Of a stretch of DNA of 64,000 bases, positions 55,801 to 64,000 are shown piece by piece; position 1 is the first letter of the stretch, and every line of letters begins with the position of its first letter. Source of the stretch: Yuukianura sp. NJ FZ-2021 (lineage: Eukaryota); the NCBI GenBank assembly GCA_046563655.1, contig CM102287.1:9796001-9860000 (forward strand), written 5' to 3'. Made by a program: the position numbers and the translations under genes. Below the pieces are notes generated by a model that was not told the DNA's origin, searched no databases, and saw only the letters and a program-made list of their open reading frames with translations.

Positions 55801-55914
55801 AAATATAAAACGTCATATACCGGTTCTTAATTGGACCAAAAAATTTGACCTTTGACCTTACCTATTCAACTCCGACGATAAGCCAGGTTGTTTTACTTGA
55901 TAGAACAGTTCCAT
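46858..55914 (-). CDS. MED16: Mediator subunit 16
   Basis: Many phase-consistent exons from MELFYQVK (55914) through VFVADLNTPW, ITHLHWDPSG, LDPWDIMMCL, LQSLQQFLQWCADL, LRELIVLMRIWGL, DDCCLLPS, to KACNRCGC...WDNRWLKSCPCGGNW (46858). Large introns 54215-52913 and 51019-48052 carry nested genes. Confidence 0.92.
47391..47530. repeat. 20-nt period tandem repeat, 7 copies (CATTTCCCRCTTCAAMTTAA-like) in last MED16 intron
   Basis: ATTTCC recurs every 20 nt from 47392 to 47512. Confidence 0.9.
48930..49776 (-). CDS. Orphan single-pass membrane protein nested on the same strand in a MED16 intron
   Basis: Exons 49776-49758 and 49672-48930; MGNTETHHSYH..., TM FLYASLGFAGIVFLLLVIGFWW, basic stop-transfer RKAKQK, Tyr-rich tail, GHPGHGH repeats; in-frame TAA upstream of the ATG. 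Confidence 0.78.
51477..51688. repeat. GC-rich nested inverted repeat, possible MITE or transposon-end remnant
   Basis: ACCGCGGCGGTG (51502-51513) pairs perfectly with 51532-51543; ACACGGTG (51477) pairs with CACCGTGT (51565); 51561-51574 pairs 13/14 with 51675-51688. Confidence 0.6.
53360..54048 (+). CDS. Ninjurin family protein, antisense inside a MED16 intron
   Basis: Exons 53360-53395, 53499-53690, 53752-54048; TKETIAQGLLDVALLASNVAQLKYV, LIWLSIALQ, LNNVITAQVFLITVINVLISSF are ninjurin hallmarks. Confidence 0.92.
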
Positions 55915-56719
55915 TGCTAAATTTTTCTAAAATTTCCAAAAACTAAAACGTGAAATTCTCAAAATTTTTATCTTCTAAAAAAATAAAAACAAACTTCGAA
56001 GTTTCACTAAAAGTGTTTTTTGTGCCGACCGGTTGCCTATCCTTTGTGCATGGGCAACTCTAATGAAATACTTTTGTAATTAGCAGAAATGAACTAATTT
56101 AGTTAAAAATCCACAACTAAAGTTAAATATTGTGCTTTAACTATAAAGGTTCTTCATTACGATGACATAATTAGGAGTTGTACACTTTAGTTAATTGATA
56201 ATCCTTCAATAAATTAAACTAAAGTTAGGAAAATAATAAAATAGTAAAATTGAATGCCCATCTCTGGGATAGTGTACGGAAGTAAAGGGGGTAACTTTTA
56301 GACAAACTCATTTTTTAAATTGTTGCAAAATTGTGCAAATTCTGCGACCAAAAAAGGAAGTGGATTTGTAAATTGCAAATAAATTATCCCCTCTGCTCTC
56401 TCTCTTCTTCATTAATTTCTCTTGACAGAACAAACAGACACACAAGGAAAGGTGTTGTCTATCTCTGATACTCCAAGTACTAACACTGTATCCTCTTCTC
56501 TTGGAAGCGATAAGTTGACTCATCGGTAGGAACATACCGTCATTTGGTGTTTGGGTGTGGAGACTAGGTAAGTTATTCACTTTCAACAGGTCAACTGTTC
56601 ATTCATACGAAAAAGTCAATAAAAGCGGTTTCCGATTTACAGGTGAGAACAAACAGTGGCCGTTGATTTGTAATTGGAGTTCATCCGGTGGACGACTAGT
56701 ATCAAAGAGGCAGTAAGAA

Positions 56720-57397
56720 ATGATGGTAAGTCTCGAAAATTCAAATATTTTTTGTTACAATCGTTTTGTCTTGGTCTCAATTTACAGTTTATGCATGTTG
56801 TAATGTTTGATTTTGTGTAGGGTTCATACAATGAAGAGGAGTTCCAGGAAACGTTTCAGCTGTTTGACAACAAGGGGGATGGCAAGATCCAAGTGAGCCA
56901 AGTCGGTGATGTTCTACGGGCAATGGGTCAAAATCCGACAGAGGCTGATGTCAAGAAGTTGATTTCGAACCATCGGCAAGGTATGAACTTCAGTACTTCA
57001 TGTAACCACTGCAACAAAACGTTTCACAATCGCTTTTTTGTTATTTCAGATGAGAGGATCAGTTTCGAAGTATTTCTGCCAATGTATTCGTCCATTTCAA
57101 AGAACAAGAGTTCAGACACTGCTGAGGACTTCATCGAAGGTTTGAGACACTTTGACAAGGAAGGGAACGGGTACATTTCATCGGCCGAATTGAGACATTT
57201 GCTTACCACTTTGGGTAATAATTAATCACGGATTAGTTTTGCCAAAAAGTGGATTACTTGATATATTACGCTGAGCGTTTCTTGATTTAGGTGAGAAGTT
57301 GACGGACGAGGAAGTGGAGCAACTGGTGACTGGACACGAAGATTCACAAGGGAATGTCAACTATGAAGAATTCGTTCGTGCAGTTATGAACGGTTGA
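56720..57397 (+). CDS. Mlc-c: Non-muscle myosin essential light chain
   Basis: Exons 56720-56725, 56821-56980, 57050-57214, 57291-57397; [60 protein letters not shown]. Confidence 0.95.
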
Positions 57398-57725
57398 TTC
57401 ATAAGACGAACCAATATCGGCCAAATACCGTTTAGTTTGTTACTAACAGTTCCACTTTTTAGCAGTAATGAATCGCAGAGGCCAATCAGTACTTTTTAAG
57501 AACTTAAAGTAACTTCCATTCCAAACCCACATTTGATCCACCTTTGCCTAAAAACGTTTTGTTTTGTCTATTTTTTGGACAAGTGACTAACTACTGACTA
57601 ACTCCGCCCTTAATAGAAACCAAGTATAATTTATTAGTTACTCCCGAAGTAATCCGAAGTTAATAAAACTAAAAATCTTGTTACTTCCGGAGACAAACTG
57701 TCGATTGTCAGTAATCTTTCAACAC

Positions 57726-59983
57726 TCAACTTGTTGAACGTATCGTATCTTCAATCCAATCCATATGTGAGGTCACTCTGTCCAAATTTTTCAAAATTTC
57801 AAATTCAAAATCTAATTTCCAATTTATAGAAAATCTACCTCGTATAAACTCCTGGGAAATTCGGTTCTGCACATTTGAATCCATAAGAAACAATTCCAAT
57901 TTGAACATATTGTTCAGAAGTTAGGGGCTGCATAAGTGGTCCTGCCAAGTTTTTTAAAAATTTTGAGAATTTAGAAATTTTGAAACTTTTTGAAAAAATG
58001 AAACTGAGAAATGGAAGTAAGTTGCAATACCACCGCTATCTCCTTGGCACGCATCCCTTCCCCCACGTTGAAGCCCTGCAAAAATTTTGCAAATTGGATT
58101 TTTGCAATTTGCGAATTCCATTCAGCTTTCATTTTGTTAACGGTAATCGCTGCCTTACCAGCGCAAATATGTCTGTCATTGATTTTGGCATTTTTGAAAT
58201 CAGCGTACTTCGCTTGACATTCAGCGTCAGGCACAATTGGCAACTGAGTTTCACGCAAAACAGCACTGCTTGGACCATCTAAGTGTGCAAATGTGCAAAT
58301 TTTTGCTAATTTTTTGCAAATGTGCAAAATCTAGAAATTGGCGAATTCAAAATGACTTACTGAATCCAATGGCTCCCCACCCAGCAACAAATGGACTGTT
58401 GTTTTCAAAACGACTTGAACGCAGTTCCACTGATGCTGGGAGGCAAATGGGATGAACTTGGGCTAAACATCAAAATTCGAAAATTTGAAAACTGGGTTTC
58501 AAAATTTTGAAAAAAAAAAGTTCAGATTGTATTTACGTGTAAATTCTACTGGGTTCCGTAGTAGAATAATCGCAATGTCGTTTTCTTGTGTTTTGCTGTT
58601 GTAGCTGGGAGAAATTCGTGTTTGCTCGATTTGCAAATTAAGCGGATTCAGTCCATCTCCGTCCGAAAACAAATCGTGGTCACCCAGTCGAATTGTTTTT
58701 CTAAAAAACACACTTTTTTTGAAAACTTTTCAAAACATACTACTTTTTAGAAAAACTTTTCAAAGAACACTTTTTAGAAAAAGTGATCTAAAAAGTATTG
58801 TTTAACTTACAAGTCGTTTCGGTTAAATGTGCAATGAGCCGCTGTTAGAATATGCCTGTAAAAAAAATAGTTGTTAGTTGCAAAATTTATGTTAATTTTT
58901 CATTTTTTTTTGTAGATTTCTGAAATTTTGAAAAGTTTGACTTCAAAATTTAGTTTTACGAAACCTTTTGCCAACTAATGCTCCACCACATAAGTAGTTT
59001 GTGTTTCCTGTATTAGCGTCAGTGTAGCCCAGTGCCGCCAGCCATGGCCACGCCCCTAATCCAAATTTACAAAAACATAAAATTTTTGCAAAAAAATGAA
59101 ATTTGCACTCTTTTTGCAAATTTTTGCAATTGTTTACCAATTTGTGCTTCCCGTCCACCGACAATCCTGGAGTGTGACGCATTGCTGAATCCACATCCCG
59201 TTCGAATGTCAATGTTTTCTCCATTCGGAACTGCAATTGCCCGCGGTCTCTGCGTCGTCGTTGTCGTCGCCGCGGTCCGCACCGTGGGCCGTGTCGTGAA
59301 CCGTGCCGTTGGTCGTGTCGTGACCCAATCAAACGGTCTCCTTGTCGACGTCTGCGCAGGTCCTACGCTAATAATGTTTCCTCTAGCTTCAGGGCAACAA
59401 ATGAGCGACGTAAATCCTGAAACTCCGCAGAAGCTTCTACGCAGAATCCGATTGACGCTGATTTGTGGACGATTGGCCAAAAATCGCTGCAAAATGTCGC
59501 AACTGTCCAGTGGCATGCAGAATCCATTTGTATCTCGAAAAGTTTGGCAATCTGAAACTGGTTCTTCGTAGTCAGAAGGCGGAGCTTCTGTTGTGGGCGG
59601 AGTCACAGCGCCAATTGCCGGATTGACGAAATTTTGCACAAAAGATTGCAGGCCTGAGGCAAAGGCTTCGATCGGATTTCGTGCAATTCCGGTCAAACCG
59701 AAACTTTCAAGCGGACGGGGACGCTGAAACGGAAATCCAAACTGTGGACGACGTGGATCCACGTCGGGCGCAGACGCAGAAGGCCTTGGTGTGTCGTCGT
59801 CATCAAAAATTATATCTAAATTTTAGTTTTCAAATTTCAAAAAAAAAACTGGCAATTTTTTGAAAATCTTACTCTAGAATTGATACATTTCATTTTCAGA
59901 ATTTGCTGACCTTGTCCATGAAGCAGAATTGGCAAAATTGCAAAAATTAAGAAGAGTTGTGGCACAATTTGCAAAAATTTCAT
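57726..59983 (-). CDS. CLIP-domain trypsin-like serine protease (proclotting-enzyme-like)
   Basis: Signal peptide, CLIP cysteines CQT...GFCMPLDSC...FCG...LICCP, Thr/Arg-rich linker, R/IVGG activation site, triad [23 protein letters not shown]. Confidence 0.95.
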
Positions 59984-60709
59984 TTCAGACCAATCACAAA
60001 GGGAGATTTTTTTTTTCAAAATTAATTTATATGCTTCCTGTTGATGTTTGGTTGTTTTTTCTTGTTTTTGCAAACTTTTGCTGCTCGAAATAACTTTTGC
60101 TTCTCAAAATTCGCAAGTTGCGAATTTGTTGTTCTTAAAACAAAGACTACTGCGGAATGTTTGCCAATTTCTAATGAGATGGCGTGGGACTTGGAAGATT
60201 ACAGATTCTCACACGCCAAGTTCATTTTTAATCAAACAAAGAGGGAAATTGGCCCCCAGCATAAATTCGCAAATTGACTCAAGGTCACTCTTTTAATGTG
60301 CAAATTTTTTGTGCTCAAGCGGACACTTAATTGACTTTCTAGAAAAACTTGAGTCACTTTGGCTTTCAATTTGTATAAAAAATGGAGTTGATGCAATTGC
60401 GATTAATTGGAATCACACCAATTGGATGCTGCATGAGTGACGTCTGGTCAGAAACTTGTCCAGTGTTTTTTGCCAATGTAATGATGACATGGAACAAACG
60501 GAATTCCCCGGAGTTTCGCCAAATTGCAAAAAAAATTGGCAGAAACTAAAAAAACTCAAGGTGGTTCCAAGAGTGGAGTAAAAAATGAAACAATTTATTT
60601 CTTCATGATCAATTTAGGTACTTGGTTGTAAAAATTAAGAATTAAAATTTCCAATTTTCAAAAAAAAATGGATTTTCAAAATTTTAGAAACTGAATGTCA
60701 GAGGTCATC

Positions 60710-61312
60710 TCACTTTCCAACTGGTAGCAGGTCACAGTCGCACGCCTAATACAAAAAGTAACATAAAATTAGTAATTGTGAGGGAAAACCTTCAGTTTAG
60801 TGAAGTCAAAAATTTGAAGTCAAGATTTGTTGGAATTTTTTTTTTGAAATTTTGAAAAAATTTGGATTTTTTTTTTGAAATTTTGAAAAGTTTACCAATC
60901 CTCCGTCACCCGTTTGACACAAATAGTAGCAGATGTAGTCCCAGTCTGGTTGAGGTGTCGTTGCAACAGCAGGAGTCGGTAGTCCGTCTGTCCAAGCTAT
61001 GTCGCCTGACCCTGACATGTCATCGTGACCTTGACCTTGACCTTGACCTTGACTGTGACCGTGACCGTGACCTTTGTGTTGTTCATGCCACAGTTCGTGT
61101 TCTATCGGATCATAACCCGGCTTCATTCGGTGTTTCTTAGGCGGAGGAACTCCGTTTCCACCATGCTGACCTTCCATTTGACCTTTCTTCGGAATACTTC
61201 CGGAAATGCCCGAACCGATTCCATCGTACCGATTCGTGTTCGCTGGAACAGCGATGGCCAGAATCAGCACAACTGATGCTGGAATGACTAAGTATTTTAC
61301 TGGTCCAAGCAT
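60710..61312 (-). CDS. His/Gly-rich secreted protein with C-terminal four-Cys module
   Basis: Exons 61312-60896 and 60745-60710; signal peptide; HKGHGHGHSQGQGQGQGH; DWDYICYYLCQTGDGGL/ACDCDLLPVGK stop. Confidence 0.78.
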
Positions 61313-64000
61313 TTTCAAAAAACTTAAATCTCAAATTCTGTTAAAACTAAACTCGCTATTTTGGAAAAAGAAGACGTTTTACAAATCCACCGCTGAAATT
61401 TTTTAATTTTGATAGATTTTCGAATTTGGAAGATCTTCAGCTGCAGAATTTTGATTGTGGTTGCAAGGATTTTGGGTTTGCGAATTTATAGATTCGATTT
61501 CCATTAGAGTTTATCAAATTTTTTTAATCTGAAAAAACTTTTTTCACTGAAATCAAAATGCGTTTGTTGGTTTTGCAAATTTCCAAAAAATCGACAATAT
61601 TTACTTTCGTAATGGACGTTCAAATGGTAAAAGCAAAGTAAAAGCAAATTTACGTCAACTTCAAATTTTTTCCAAACAGAAAAAAATGAATTTTAGTAAA
61701 AATTCGTCATTGACATATGTAACAGTTGTTCAAAAATTCAAAATTTTCTTTCTTTGCTGAACCTTCTACACACAGGTGAAGTAGTAGTCTGTAGGTTTTG
61801 ATGTGAGATGGAAATGACTTTTTCTTCAAAAAACAAAAATTCGAAACTTTTTTTAATTTTTTTTCTCGAAATTTTGAAACTTTGTTTTTGAAACAGAAGT
61901 TAGAATAATGTGCCCTGTTCCACGTGCCAAGGCCACTTGAGTATAGGAATTGAGGTCACTTGGAGCTTTTCTAAGGGCTTCAAAACTTTGTTCGTCTCCA
62001 TCGATTTTCCAATTTCAAGGATTCTAATGCTTTCACTTCTGCTTTCACTCCAGTACTAAAACATGGTGGAACACACCAGTCACCAAAGTTAACGCTAAAG
62101 AAAGCAGCTAGTTTTGATAGCAGTTTCCTAAGGAAGAGATTTACAACTTTCTAAATTTCTCTTCTACAAAAATCTTAGAAAAGAATTCTCATGAGAAGAT
62201 TTTGGCAAAAAATTCTAACATTTTTGCCAAAGTTCTGGTTTTAATAGCTTTTTAGAGCAAAGAAATCAAAGGAAACTTTCACTTTTCATTTTTTGTAGTT
62301 ACTCCCTCCACCCGTTTTCAAAACATTTTCAGAAAATCTGTTTTTGTTTTAGGTTTTTGTTGGCTATTTTTTGAGAATTAGTTTGGTTTAATTTCATTTT
62401 CATGTGAGTCCAAATCTGTGAAGCTACAATAAATTTTGGTTTGGAGAAAATTAAATTCCAAATTTGGTTCGTTTCAATTCACACCCGAATTTTCTCGTTC
62501 TGGACGAGAATTCCAATGAGCTGCTTTGTACTTTCCCTCTCCGTTGTTCTGCATTTCATGTCAATTTGTTTCTCTCCAGCCTTCTGTTTGAACAGAATGA
62601 CGTCCCGCTCGTTTCTGTTTGAACAAAATTGAACATTTTCTAAAAAAGAGTTTGGAACAAGAATGATTCCAGCCCACGTTCATTTCCTTTTGTAAAGGCT
62701 GCTGCTGATGGGCAGCATCTGCCTCCTCTATCTCCCCCATTCCCCAAAATCATCATTTCAAACAGATAACACTTTCACTTTCACTACGGAAATTACACGC
62801 TTCAAAACAACTTTCGCCCCACCCATCAAAGAAATTTCAAAAACCAAAAAAGAATGTCAAAATTTCAAAATGTTCATACTATACATACTACATCTAAGTA
62901 CGAAAATGGTGATGGACTACAATGAACTAGGCATAAAGAACAAAGCTAAGCTTGAGGAATTTCTGGGATTTTAAAAGGCACTAAATCCAATTTTGAAAAA
63001 AAAATGAAAATTTTGCGAACAAATTAATTTTGTTTTGAAAAGAAAGTTTTGCCAAGGTTTTCAAAAGTTTTGGACAGGAGAAAGTGAGTTAGATGGATTT
63101 TTGAACTTTTTGTGTGTTTTGTGAGCAATGAGAAATGGGTTTGTGCCAAAGTTTTGTAGAGCGAGAGAAAGTTGACCTTTGACATTTTGTGCAGATTCGA
63201 CACTGGATTGTGATTGGCTGGAAGTAAAGAATCTTGGCTCCGCCTCTTTTGCTGAATTCCGGCACCAGGGAAGCCCACTTTCTCCGCCTTTCACTTTAGA
63301 TTGCTTGGCGGGACATGCGTCTTTGGCGCGAAAGTTCGCTTTCTCCAACTTTTACTTTGAAATTCCTCTAGTGCCAGCCTCCTCGTTCCTAACATAACGT
63401 CAGTCCATGTTCGACTGGCTCCAGCATCACTTTCTGTTTCTTCTTTTCTTCCGTGACCTTTGACCTTCTTCACACTTCTCTTCTATTTCCTTTTCTTTTC
63501 TCTTTTTCTGTTCTCTTGTATCTCGACTCTACAGCCGGCTGTTGGATTCCCAGTAAGTTGAAATTTTAACTTCTTAAATCTAATTTTTAAGTTTTTTGAT
63601 ACTTAAAATGTGTTTGAACATGTTTGAACAACTGGTTTAAAAAAAATAAGTTTAAGGACAACAGTTGTGGTTTCTCAGATTGTTTTCTTGGAGAACAAAA
63701 CCTCAAAATACTTTGGAAAAAGGCACTGTCGAGTGAAATTTTTACTCTGAATTTCCAAAAAGTACGAAAATAGAAATTGCTGCACAGAGTGACCAAATGC
63801 TAATTTTTTAGCAATGAAAATAAACACAGGGATAATAAAAATGAGGGAAAACGTTTGTTCTATTGTCCATTTTTTTTACTGTGCAGTTGTTGAAGTTTTC
63901 CTTATGTCAACCTAGCACGTTTTTCGGGATGACGCTTCAAAAGTTACTATCAACAACTGCACAGAATAAAAAAATGAACTATAAAAATTGTACTTTTGTT

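Noticed and set aside
61400..64000. Short ORFs in the final 2.6 kb
   Set aside because: AT-rich F/K/L-biased translations typical of non-coding DNA; only a possible non-coding exon donor near 63554.

Overview
Gene-dense eukaryotic DNA, AT-rich, with mostly 60-110 nt GT-AG introns. Gene content (timeout, RYamide, CLIP protease, ninjurin) points to an arthropod with a compact genome; a springtail-like hexapod is an inference. I hand-spliced about 19 protein-coding genes: the 3' part of timeout/TIM2 with an antisense LRR gene apparently inside its intron (2mit-like), a 77-aa coiled-coil ORF, an F-box protein, CDK4/6, a tandem pair of prolyl 4-hydroxylase alpha genes (one lacking both Fe-binding His), YME1L, two adjacent orphan secreted precursors (one with repeated amidation/cleavage sites), beta-tubulin, VPS16, an orphan nuclear protein with an HCF-binding motif, a secreted PLA2, an RYamide precursor, MED16 hosting two nested genes (antisense ninjurin and a same-strand single-pass membrane protein), myosin essential light chain, a CLIP serine protease and a His/Gly-rich secreted protein. 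The most striking non-genic signal is the window-wide abundance of nuclear-receptor half-site arrays (AGGTCA as DR0, DR1 and IR1), both next to splice donors and inside coding exons, where they write GQGQ/EVND/DLDL peptides. No rRNA, CRISPR or autonomous transposon was seen. Exon coordinates were read by eye and may be off by a base or two.
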